DNA from: an uncultured Actinomycetota bacterium
GTDB lineage: Bacteria; Actinomycetota; Actinomycetes; JAHEKZ01
Assembly (NCBI GenBank): GCA_963829525.1
Contig: CAWHIJ010000003.1
Location: 1,280,001 to 1,344,000 of the forward strand
Length of the DNA: 64,000 nt
Direction of reading: 5' to 3'
Shown: one piece after another, positions 51,413 through 60,120 of the stretch
Layout: every line of letters starts with the position of its first letter
Numbering within the stretch: the first letter of the stretch is position 1
Made by a program: the position numbers and the translations under genes
Notes under the pieces: model-generated
Told to the model about the DNA's origin: nothing
What the model saw: only the letters and a program-made list of their open reading frames with translations
Databases searched by the model: none

Positions 51413-52641
51413 CACTGCCCCGCCTTCGTGATGATCATCAGAGGGATCGCGGCGGTACTGGCGACCACGACGAGCACCAAGTATATCGACCCAAGGAAGT
51501 TCGCACCCCGTCTGTTGACTCGATCCCCCATGTAGTCGGGATCGTTGGCTACCACCAGGATGGGGAAGTAGGTCAGGGGCAAGGCAAGGGCCGAGAACAC
51601 CACGGAGTACTCGGTCACTTTGATGGGGTCGACTGTAGTCAGCAGTACTGCCACCCCAAGGATCGTCGAGACTAGCAACACGGCGTGAAACTGGGCCGCC
51701 TGCATCGGACGCACAAACTTCCCCCATTGCCACCCGCAGTACTGCGCGATGCTGTATCCCACTGACAGTCCCGTTTCGCACGCGGCACCGAACGTTGCTG
51801 CGAAGAACCCGATGAGAGCAACTGCAAGGCCCAGCTTTCCAAGCGACACCACTACGGGGAGGGCCACTTGCCCCAGCGTGTCTACTTGCACTCCGAGAGG
51901 GAACAGCACGATGGCGGCACACGCCGCTATCGCCAGAGACAGCATGCCACCCAGTGGAAATCCAACGAACACGTTTGAGCGCATCATCCCGATGCTCTTT
52001 CGTGTCCACCCCTCCTCGACGCCCCCCGACGAGAAGAAGAAGACCTCGTACGGGGTCATCGCGGCACCGAACAGCGCGATCGCGTAGTACCAATAGGTCG
52101 GCCAATCTTCGCCGCCGGGCGGGCTCGGGGTGGTCGTCTGCTCCCAGAGGACATTCCAGTCAGGAGAGAGGTGCCAGACGGCAGCAGCGAAGACAATCAG
52201 AGCTAGACCCAATAGCCCGAAGACGTTCTCGATGGTGCCGAAAGTGACTCGCCACAAGACCAGCCAGACTGCGAAGCCCACGAGCGGTATCCAGAGCAAG
52301 TCGTTGACACTGGTTGCCAGTGCAAGCGCGAGCGCCACGCCACCGATTTCCGCCACGAACGTGAGGAACGTGACTGCTACCGACCCGATGAGATTCGCGA
52401 ACCCCACCCTCGGCCCCAAGCGTTCACGAATAAGGTCAAACGTTGGGCGCTGACTGATCGCTGACACGCGGCCTGACATCTCGGCGAACACGCAGATCCC
52501 AACCACGCCCACGACCACGACCCAAGCGAGGGACATTCCAAAGCGAGATCCCACCGCGGCGTTGGTCACCAGGTCACCGATGTCGACGAAGCCACCAATG
52601 GCAGTGAGCACGCCGAGTGCAACCGCAAACAGCCTGTTCAT
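51412..52641 (-). CDS. NRAMP-superfamily divalent cation transporter (divergent motifs)
   Basis: GGFVDIGD, EMSGRV, GAAMTPYE, many TM segments. Confidence 0.82.
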   Translation of the reverse strand: MNRLFAVALGVLTAIGGFVDIGDLVTNAAVGSRFGMSLAWVVVVGVVGICVFAEMSGRVSAISQRPTFDLIRERLGPRVGFANLIGSVAVTFLTFVAEIGGVALALALATSVNDLLWIPLVGFAVWLVLWRVTFGTIENVFGLLGLALIVFAAAVWHLSPDWNVLWEQTTTPSPPGGEDWPTYWYYAIALFGAAMTPYEVFFFSSGGVEEGWTRKSIGMMRSNVFVGFPLGGMLSLAIAACAAIVLFPLGVQVDTLGQVALPVVVSLGKLGLAVALIGFFAATFGAACETGLSVGYSIAQYCGWQWGKFVRPMQAAQFHAVLLVSTILGVAVLLTTVDPIKVTEYSVVFSALALPLTYFPILVVANDPDYMGDRVNRRGANFLGSIYLVLVVVASTAAIPLMIITKAGQ

Positions 52642-53096
52642 CGCAGCGGCTCTCTCACCGCGTCTGAGCGGACCAACAGGCTCTGAATTCGGGCGAGCGC
52701 GGAACGCATTCCCTGTGCATCATCGCGACGGATGACGATCCTTGCTTGGGATATTGCATCCTCAACCTCGCTCAGAAAACGCATCGTTCGTCTTTGAGCG
52801 CCATCCGTGGAGACGGGCGGCTGTACCGCTCGAAAGGAGGCGGCCACTGAACCGGCCGCCGTCTCAGCCTCGCTGACTATCTCGTCGGCGGTAGTAGCGA
52901 GGACGCGATTCGCGATCGCCAATTCCAGGACCACTCGCGTTGTTTGCAGTTCACTCTCATCCGCGGTAACAGACTGCAATGCCTGTTGTCGGTAGTGATC
53001 GGCATTAAACGCGGGCGAAACGCAGGCCGTGAGGCTCAACAGCAGAACCGCAAAACCTGTGACTGCAGATGCCGCCTTACGCCGGGTCACAGCCAC
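52638..53096 (-). CDS. Putative lipoprotein
   Basis: Basic N-terminus, hydrophobic core, lipobox LTAC; ATGA overlap with the NRAMP gene. Confidence 0.7.
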   Translation of the reverse strand: MAVTRRKAASAVTGFAVLLLSLTACVSPAFNADHYRQQALQSVTADESELQTTRVVLELAIANRVLATTADEIVSEAETAAGSVAASFRAVQPPVSTDGAQRRTMRFLSEVEDAISQARIVIRRDDAQGMRSALARIQSLLVRSDAVREPLR

Positions 53097-53682
53097 TCAC
53101 GATCTTCGCTGCAGTACTGCGACAAGGCACAGCAGTAGAGTTCCGAAGATCAGCCAGGCGCCCGCAAGCGCCAGACCCTCACTCACGGCCCGTCCTGTTC
53201 CGCGATGGGGCGATCCTCAGTGCTCGTCCACTCGCGAATCGGCTGTCAGCGGGGCGGCAATCCCGATCCGCCAGACGAGGGCCCTGAAGGCATGGAACGG
53301 CCATGCCTGCCTCCTGACTCCAGAGGTAAGTTTCCGCCGTCTGGTCATACCCCGTCAGCGGCAGGACTATGCCCCGATCCGAGGAGGTTTGAGTCTTGGA
53401 GACCTCGCACAGCATGTGGGCACGCAGGACACCTGCAAGACATCAGCATGGGTGCTCCCAACTTGTGTAACTGCCTTCTGCTCCGAGCCCCTCGGTGGGA
53501 GCGATCGGCGTCGAACTCGCTCACGTCTACGCGGGTTCGGAGAGCGAGGTCACGTTCATCGTGAGGGGCTTCCTCCGACGACGGATACACGGTTCTCATG
53601 GACCAGTGGGCCGCGAGTAAACCGCAATTGAGTGGGTAGAGATTGTGAGAACTGCTCGGCATCAGCCCTGAAGGGAGTAGTC

Positions 53683-53955
53683 ATGCCAGGTCGATCTGAG
53701 CCCGGACCTTCGGTTAAGGACAAGGAACTGTACGAAAAGCTGCGCGAGGAGGGGAACAGCACGCAGAAGTCCGCACGCATCGCGAACGCAGCTGCCTCGA
53801 GCTCGCGCACTGCCATAAGCCGAAAGGGAGGCCGGGCTACGCCTTACGACGATTGGGGCAAGAAGGCGCTCCTCAGAAGAGCTCGCGAAGTGGGGATCAA
53901 GGGGCGGTCCACGATGACGAAGGCCGAACTGATCAGTGCACTCCGAAACAGTTAG
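53683..53955 (+). CDS. Small basic protein with Rho_N-like C-terminus
   Basis: PSVKDKELYEKLREEG..KSARIANA, AREVGIKGRSTMTKAELISAL; AAGGGAG RBS. Confidence 0.85.
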   Translation: MPGRSEPGPSVKDKELYEKLREEGNSTQKSARIANAAASSSRTAISRKGGRATPYDDWGKKALLRRAREVGIKGRSTMTKAELISALRNS

Positions 53956-54517
53956 CGAGCCCCCGATCTGGCGACCGGACCTGCCGCGTCACGACGGCAG
54001 GAAGAGAGGGACAAGCGGCCCGCTCGGAGCCCAAGAGCAGCGTGAGGATCAGGGACGGCACGCAAAGGTTCGTCACAGCCACGTATGCCGGTAGCGCCAC
54101 CAAGAGCAGTGCGTTGGGCCAGAAGAGCCAACCGGCGTCCACGGCGAGCGCGACGCCAGCGACGAAGAAACACACAGCACCGAGGAGGCAGCCGAACCGA
54201 CGCCCTGCGCGGTTGGGTGGCGGTGACACTCGGCCCTGTCGGACCGTCCACCAGGAGTAGAGCCACTCGACGGGGTGGTACCGGGTGGCAGCGCCAACTG
54301 TGGAGGCGAACGCAAGGGCGAGGTAGAGGCCGGGATCGGCGACGAGGATTGCTAGCGCACCGAAGGCGGCGCACTGCGCCGGGCCAAGGCGGATGGCCCA
54401 ACCGGCTGCAACCGCTTGCTCAAGTCGCGGGCCACGCTGCCCTTGGAGGCGCAGCAAGCGGCGGTTCCTGTCGAAGGTCGGATCGGTGAGGATCAGGCGC
54501 GCATCGTCGGTGTACAC
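53933..54517 (-). CDS. DUF4395-like membrane protein
   Basis: RRFGCLLG...TNLCVPS; AAAGGA RBS before GTG 54517. Confidence 0.65.
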   Translation of the reverse strand: MYTDDARLILTDPTFDRNRRLLRLQGQRGPRLEQAVAAGWAIRLGPAQCAAFGALAILVADPGLYLALAFASTVGAATRYHPVEWLYSWWTVRQGRVSPPPNRAGRRFGCLLGAVCFFVAGVALAVDAGWLFWPNALLLVALPAYVAVTNLCVPSLILTLLLGSERAACPSLPAVVTRQVRSPDRGLANCFGVH

Positions 54518-54560
54518 ATCGTTGTCCTTTGCAGGTGGATACGGGTAGTGGCAGCGGTCG

Positions 54561-55301
54561 TCATCGCGCAGGGGCAAAGGCTTCCTGGCTCCACCATTGC
54601 GAGAAAGTCGACTCGCCCACCTGCGCGATGAGATGTGTCGTCTGTGAAGCGTGGGCTCGCAACGCGGCTAATTTGCGTGCTGCCAAGGTGTCGTCGCAGC
54701 GCTGAAGGTGGACCACCGCGGACGTCGGAACCGCGCGTGGTGCTTGAGGTGTCATCCAGACGCCGAGGTCGTCGCAGAGCTCGCCCCACTGGTCGAGAAA
54801 CTGTTCGGTGAGTGCGGCGTGCCACAGCTCGCCGCGTCGTCCCCTGGCGGTCCACGCTTCGGTGACCCAACGTGAGACCGCTCGGTGGTCGGGATGACCG
54901 GTGAGGCCATCCGGACCGAAGGTGACGACCAGATCCGGGTCGACAGATTCCAGCAAGTCCGACACCAGTCGGCGACCGCGAACCACGGGAACGTCAGCCA
55001 AAGTTCCGTCACGCAGATCCTCGGCCAACCAGTGGTGCTCGGTGACCCCAAGTGTGTCGAGACTGGCTGCGAGCTCCGACTCGCGTAGCGGCCCCAGCAC
55101 GTCCGGCGGAAGCAGATCAGGGTCGTCGGTGCCACCTTCACCACGGGTCGCCGTAGCAACGACAACTCGGTGGCCGGCGTGCACCGCAGCTGCCATGAAT
55201 GCCGCAGACAGATACGCCTCGTCGTCCGGGTGAGCCCAGATACCCAGGATCACCCGCGACGCAGCGGCGGGATGGAACATGCGCGAGATCGATGTCGTCA
55301 T
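54561..55301 (-). CDS. PIG-L/LmbE family deacetylase
   Basis: AHPDDE, ATRGEGG, TFGPDG..GHPDH, AHASQ. Confidence 0.9.
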   Translation of the reverse strand: MTTSISRMFHPAAASRVILGIWAHPDDEAYLSAAFMAAAVHAGHRVVVATATRGEGGTDDPDLLPPDVLGPLRESELAASLDTLGVTEHHWLAEDLRDGTLADVPVVRGRRLVSDLLESVDPDLVVTFGPDGLTGHPDHRAVSRWVTEAWTARGRRGELWHAALTEQFLDQWGELCDDLGVWMTPQAPRAVPTSAVVHLQRCDDTLAARKLAALRAHASQTTHLIAQVGESTFSQWWSQEAFAPAR

Positions 55302-55308
55302 GGCCAGG

Positions 55309-55340
55309 ACGCTAGATCGGTGTCCTTCCTCGATCCTTCC
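55309..55340 (-). promoter_or_regulatory. Repeat-type promoter P1 (PIG-L, leaderless)
   Basis: GGAAGG-atcga-GGAAGG-N9-TAGCGT-N7-ATG. Confidence 0.75.
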
Positions 55341-55367
55341 GCGCGGAAGGCTCCCCCAAATGCACGA

Positions 55368-55399
55368 GGAAGGTGGCGGGAAGAGGCGCTTCTTAGCGT
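55368..55399 (+). promoter_or_regulatory. Repeat-type promoter P2
   Basis: GGAAGG-tggcg-GGAAGA-N9-TAGCGT. Confidence 0.75.
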
Positions 55400-55437
55400 C
55401 GCTCCTGTCAGTCCACGAATCTAGATCGGAGTGCAAG

Positions 55438-55755
55438 ATGGAGCACAACCTGAAGCGCGAGTTGGCGAGCGTCGGCCCTATGGTCACGGCGCACGACCTC
55501 GCGCACGCTATTGCCGACGACGGAATCGGTCCCCACGAGCAGACGCTGCTCTGGATGGCGAAGGGCGCCGCCCGTGAAGGGGTGTCGCCAACCTTGCTCG
55601 CGGCAATGCTGGATCAGACAGCGGCCGAGGTGCTTCGGCAACGTGCCTTCGGTGCCGTGATCAGGGCCATGCAGAATCCTGCCCGCCGATCCGAGGCCGT
55701 CGAGGCGCCACCAGCGGCGCCGCCTCACGGTGAGCAGGAACGCGAGGCTTCGTAA
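55438..55755 (+). CDS. Hypothetical helical protein
   Basis: GGAG RBS, ORF downstream of P2; AIADDGIGPHE...EVLRQRAFG; start could instead be 55480. Confidence 0.65.
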   Translation: MEHNLKRELASVGPMVTAHDLAHAIADDGIGPHEQTLLWMAKGAAREGVSPTLLAAMLDQTAAEVLRQRAFGAVIRAMQNPARRSEAVEAPPAAPPHGEQEREAS

Positions 55756-55879
55756 GAGGGGGAGGCGCCGGGACGGGACTGCCACGACAAAGTGATTGCA
55801 GCGCGGCTGCCTCCTTGCCATGATCGGGTGGGGACGCGGTGTCACTTTGTGGAACCTACGTCCCTGATCGGAGACCCGG

Positions 55880-58800
55880 GTGAGCAAGTCCGACGTGCGT
55901 ATCACGCTCCTCGGTGATTTCTCTGTGGTCGTCGACGGAGTGACTGTTGACCCAGCCGAGTGGCGTCGGCGCCAAGCAGCGGCCCTGGTCAAGGTACTGG
56001 CGCTGGAGCCAAGACATTCGCTGCACCGCGAGCAGGTCATCGACGCGCTGTGGCCCGACACCGACCTTGAGGCTGCGGCAGCACGGCTCCACAAGGCAGC
56101 CCACTTCGCCCGCCGAGCACTGGGCAATCAGGAATCCGTCGTCCTCGGTGGTGACAGCGTCTCGCTGTTCCCTGGGGTTGAGATCGAGACTGACCTGGCG
56201 CAGTTCGAGATGCTTGCCAAAGACGCAATTGGGGAACGGGACAAGGAACTCGCCGCCGCGGCGGCTGACGCGTATGTGGGTGAGCTCCTCCCGAAGGACC
56301 CGTACGAACCGTGGACGGAGTATCCACGTCAACGGGCTCGGTTGCTGTACCTGGACGTCCTTCGCGTCGCCGAGCGTTGGCGCGAGCTCGCCCTTGCCGA
56401 ACCGGCAGACGAAGAAGCGCACCTGCGGCTGGCTGACTCGCTCGCTGAGGCGGGGGACCCACGCGCTGCGCTGCGTGAGCTCGAGCGCCTCGAACAGGCT
56501 CTGAGCCACGAGCTCGGGGTCGCGCCCAGCGCCGCCGTGTTCGACCTTCGCGAGCAGCTCGTCGCCGCGGCAGAGATGGAGGTCGGCGGATCTCCGGCCG
56601 AGCCCGTTCTGGTTGGCCGCGAGTCGGAGGTTGCCGCAGTAGAGCGTGTGTTGGCTGGAGTCCACCGAGGCGAGGGCCAGACCCTCTTCGTCAGTGGCGA
56701 CGAGGGCTTGGGGGCCTCGACGGTGCTTCGCTGCTTGACCGAACGGGCGTCCCGCGCCGGATTGCGCGTCGGCGTTGGAGTTGCGGCCCGGGTAGCGGGG
56801 GAGTGGCCCTACGCCCCCGTTCTCGAAGCACTGTCAGAGTTGTGCCGCCGAGACCCGTCGCTTCTCGAGGGGTTGACTCCTCAGATGCGGGCCGAGATCG
56901 GTGACGCGCTCGCGGGGCATCGGACGGCCTGGGATGGACAGGGCTCACACCAGCGGCTCTTCGTCGCCGCCGCAGAACTGTTGCGACTGGCGGCTAGCGA
57001 TCGCGGTGCGGTCATTGTGGTCGATCAGGCGGAAGAGGCCGACGAGGCCACTCTCCGACTGCTGCACTACTTGTCTCGAAATACCTTGGGCGCTCGTGCC
57101 CTCATCGCGCTGGGTCATCGACCCGTCGAGGGCGGAGGCCTTGCCGAGTTACGGGCAAACTTGAGCAGTCGCGGCCGGGCTGTGATGCTCGACTTGGCGC
57201 CACTGGGGCGAGATGAGGCCGTTCGACTCGCCTCGACGTTGGCGCCAGACGCGAACGACTCCGTGCTCGAGGCCATCTTCCAGAAGTCAGGAGGTGTGCC
57301 CTTCAGCGTCGTCGAGCTCGCAGGCGCTTGGAATTTAGACCCGGACGTCGCAGACCCAACTGTTCACTTGACCTCAGGACTATCAGCGGCGGCGACACGA
57401 GCCTTCGGCAGGGCCGCCGTGCTCGGAGGGTCATTCGACACCGACGAGCTCTCGACGATGGTCGATGCGCGGGACCCCGAGGTGTTCGGGCTTCTCGATG
57501 AGGCCCTTGCGAACCGGGTAATCCGTCGCACCCGCACCGGCTATGCCTTTCGCCATCCGCTGATCCGCGAGGCGCTCGTTGCCACCATGGGCGAACGTGA
57601 ACTGCGCACGGCTCACCGCGACGCGGCGCGAGCCCTGCAAACTCTGCAGAGATCGCCTGCTCAGATCGGATACCACCTGGTCGAGGCCGGGGACGAGGTC
57701 GACGCCGTTCCGTGGATGTTGGACGCCGCCGAGACAGAGGCGGCTCACGGTGCCTATCGGGACGCACTTGTTGCGCTCGAGAAGATCGAGGTGGCTGCCG
57801 AGGGTGCTCAGCGGGCTCGACTGCTGGAGCTACGGGCCGACCTCTTGCTGGCCTGCGGCGAACTCGCGGTCGTCGACGCGTACCGCGCAGCACTCGCGGC
57901 ATGCGACGTCGAGAGCCGGGCGCGACTGCTGACGCGCTTGGCTCGAGCCGCGACGCTGACCGGTGACCTCGACACCGCCTCCCTCGCCTTGTCCGAGGTC
58001 GACCTCGATGGCAGCGAGAACGACGTCGAGCTGCTCTTGGTACGGGGGAACCTGGCCTTCCTTCAGGCGGACTGGTTGGTCGCTGACGAGGCAGCGGGAG
58101 AGGCCCGATCCCGCCTCACACTCGAGGGAGGAGAGAGATGGCAGCTCTTCGAGCTCGTTGCGCTCCAGGGGTTGCTTGCCCACCGTCGGGGAGAGTGGTT
58201 TCAGCGGCTGCGCACCGAGCTTCGCGCGGGAATGGCGCGCCCCGAGCTGGCGGTAGGCATCTTCGACTCCCACCTTTGCGTCGCTGAGTACCTGCTCTAC
58301 GGCCCCACCCCATACGACGAGGTGCTGGAGCTTGCCGAGCAGCTTCGTACCTCGGCGCAGCAGGCCGGAGTCTTACGAGCTGTCGCCTTCGCGACGGCGT
58401 TACGAGGGGAAGCTGCGCTGCTGAAGGGCGATCTGGACCTGGCCGAGAACGAGCTGCTCGAATCCGGTGACCTCCACCACGACCTGGGCTCATCAGCAGG
58501 GGAGGCGCACTCGCTGCAACGCCTTGCCGAGCTGCAGCTGGTACGTGGAGACCGCGACACCGCCAATGCCCTCCTGTTACGAGCCCTCCCTCTGGCGCGG
58601 TGGTCCCCGATCGGGTTGCACCTGCTGCAGCGCATCTACGGATCGATGATCGCGGCCGCTCCGGACGCTGAGGCTGCCCGCGCCGTCGTCGACCGGGCTG
58701 AGGCGACGCTCGCGACTGAGGACGAGTGCCACTTCTGCACGATCATGCTCGACCTACCCGCGGCGCGGGCGTGCATCGACACCGGCGAGTTGGACCTGGC

Positions 58801-59017
58801 AGCGAAGTACCTGGCCAGCGCCGAGACCTCTGCACAGCTGTGGGAGGGCACGTCCTGGCAGGCGGCGCTGCTTGAGGTGCGCGCACACCTGGCGCGGGCC
58901 GAAGCCCGTACAGGTGAGGCGCGGCAGATGCTCACCGACGCGGCGAACCTCTTCGAGGCTGCAGGACAGCCGCTGGACGCCGCACGCTGCCGGTCGGAGG
59001 TCGACACCGCGGCCTGA
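55880..59017 (+). CDS. SARP/AfsR-type regulator: wHTH-BTAD, AAA-like domain, TPR-like helical region
   Basis: ITLLGDF...LVKVLAL...REQVIDALWP, ELGVAPS, LVGRESE, SGGVPFSV, FRHPLIREAL. Confidence 0.92.
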   Translation: MSKSDVRITLLGDFSVVVDGVTVDPAEWRRRQAAALVKVLALEPRHSLHREQVIDALWPDTDLEAAAARLHKAAHFARRALGNQESVVLGGDSVSLFPGVEIETDLAQFEMLAKDAIGERDKELAAAAADAYVGELLPKDPYEPWTEYPRQRARLLYLDVLRVAERWRELALAEPADEEAHLRLADSLAEAGDPRAALRELERLEQALSHELGVAPSAAVFDLREQLVAAAEMEVGGSPAEPVLVGRESEVAAVERVLAGVHRGEGQTLFVSGDEGLGASTVLRCLTERASRAGLRVGVGVAARVAGEWPYAPVLEALSELCRRDPSLLEGLTPQMRAEIGDALAGHRTAWDGQGSHQRLFVAAAELLRLAASDRGAVIVVDQAEEADEATLRLLHYLSRNTLGARALIALGHRPVEGGGLAELRANLSSRGRAVMLDLAPLGRDEAVRLASTLAPDANDSVLEAIFQKSGGVPFSVVELAGAWNLDPDVADPTVHLTSGLSAAATRAFGRAAVLGGSFDTDELSTMVDARDPEVFGLLDEALANRVIRRTRTGYAFRHPLIREALVATMGERELRTAHRDAARALQTLQRSPAQIGYHLVEAGDEVDAVPWMLDAAETEAAHGAYRDALVALEKIEVAAEGAQRARLLELRADLLLACGELAVVDAYRAALAACDVESRARLLTRLARAATLTGDLDTASLALSEVDLDGSENDVELLLVRGNLAFLQADWLVADEAAGEARSRLTLEGGERWQLFELVALQGLLAHRRGEWFQRLRTELRAGMARPELAVGIFDSHLCVAEYLLYGPTPYDEVLELAEQLRTSAQQAGVLRAVAFATALRGEAALLKGDLDLAENELLESGDLHHDLGSSAGEAHSLQRLAELQLVRGDRDTANALLLRALPLARWSPIGLHLLQRIYGSMIAAAPDAEAARAVVDRAEATLATEDECHFCTIMLDLPAARACIDTGELDLAAKYLASAETSAQLWEGTSWQAALLEVRAHLARAEARTGEARQMLTDAANLFEAAGQPLDAARCRSEVDTAA

Positions 59018-59044
59018 TTCGCCAAACGAGCGCGCACTTTCCCG

Positions 59045-59239
59045 CTACCGACTCAAGGACGCGAGCGGAGCGGCGGCGGTGCGGAGAGTCGATTGCAGCA
59101 TTGCCGTGCGCATGCGACGACGGGCTCGGCGGCGCGACCGGTGTCGGGCGAAGGCCTCGCGCCGGTGGTGGGCGTAAGGATCGGTCAGAGCCTGGGTTCT
59201 GGTGTGGGTCGTGTGTGCGGTGGCCATTGTGAGGGTCAT
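59045..59239 (-). CDS. 64-aa His/Arg-rich hypothetical protein
   Basis: GGAGAAGGA RBS plus ATG, downstream of P3. Confidence 0.6.
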   Translation of the reverse strand: MTLTMATAHTTHTRTQALTDPYAHHRREAFARHRSRRRARRRMRTAMLQSTLRTAAAPLASLSR

Positions 59240-59286
59240 GGTCCTTCTCCAGTGCGGTGCCGACGGGGTGCCGACGAATGCGCTGA

Positions 59287-59318
59287 ACGCTAAGAGAATG
59301 CGGTTCCCTCAGCCTTCC
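59287..59318 (-). promoter_or_regulatory. Repeat-type promoter P3
   Basis: GGAAGG-ctgag-GGAACC-N9-TAGCGT. Confidence 0.75.
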
Positions 59319-59356
59319 TCGAGCGTGTGGTCGGCCAGATCGCGCTGTTCCCTCAG

Positions 59357-59388
59357 GGAAGGCAGAGGGAAGACCACTGGGTCAGGGT
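59357..59388 (+). promoter_or_regulatory. Repeat-type promoter P4 (azlC, leaderless)
   Basis: GGAAGG-cagag-GGAAGA-N9-CAGGGT-N6-ATG. Confidence 0.7.
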
Positions 59389-59394
59389 GCTCGC

Positions 59395-60120
59395 ATGACC
59401 ACTTCGACTCGCGATGAAGGCCACCGCGTGGCGACGACCGACCCGCGCACCGAGTTCCTCGGTGGCCTGCGAGACATGGCTCCGCTCCTGGTCGGCGTCA
59501 CCCCGTTCGGACTGCTGCTCGGCGTCACTGTTGCAGCCAGTCACGATGCCTTCGGGGCTTGGGCCGGTGCTCTGCCCATCTACGGCGGCAGCGCGCACCT
59601 CGCGGTGCTCGGGTCCCTCGACCACGGCGGCGGACTCTTCGTAGCGGCGGCGGCCGGTGTGCTCGTCAACCTGCGGGTAATCGTCTACAGCAGCGCCCTC
59701 GCTCCGCTGTGGTCGGGGAGCCGATGGTGGATCCGAGCCCTAGCGGCCGCCACCGTCATCGACCCGACCTGGGTCGTGGCCGAGCAGCGAGCCGCGCGCC
59801 CGGGGAATGTGGCGGCACGGCGCGCTCACTATGCCGGTGCAGCCACACTGCTTACGGTCGGATGGCTGGTCTTGGTCACCGCGGGTGCGGTAGGGGGTTC
59901 GATGGCCGGTGGGTCCGCCGTCCTCGGAGCTGCCCTTCCGCTTTGTCTCCTTCAACTCGTGGTTCCTCACCTGGCACGCCGTCCAGGAGCAATCGCCCTT
60001 GCGGTCGCCGTCGCCGTCGTCTTGGGCACCACGACCCTTCCTTCTGGTGTCGGTCTGCTGATCGCCATGGCTGCTGCCGGAGTTGCGGGCGTGGCCGCGG
60101 AGAGGAGGTTGGGGTCATGA
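59395..60120 (+). CDS. azlC: AzlC-family amino acid exporter, large subunit
   Basis: GLRDMAP..PFGLLLG, YGGSAHL, VNLRVIVYS. Confidence 0.82.
   Translation: MTTSTRDEGHRVATTDPRTEFLGGLRDMAPLLVGVTPFGLLLGVTVAASHDAFGAWAGALPIYGGSAHLAVLGSLDHGGGLFVAAAAGVLVNLRVIVYSSALAPLWSGSRWWIRALAAATVIDPTWVVAEQRAARPGNVAARRAHYAGAATLLTVGWLVLVTAGAVGGSMAGGSAVLGAALPLCLLQLVVPHLARRPGAIALAVAVAVVLGTTTLPSGVGLLIAMAAAGVAGVAAERRLGS

Noticed and set aside
53615-53639. SigF-type promoter for the Rho_N-like gene at 53683
   Set aside because: GGGTAG is present but there is no GTTT at the required spacing.
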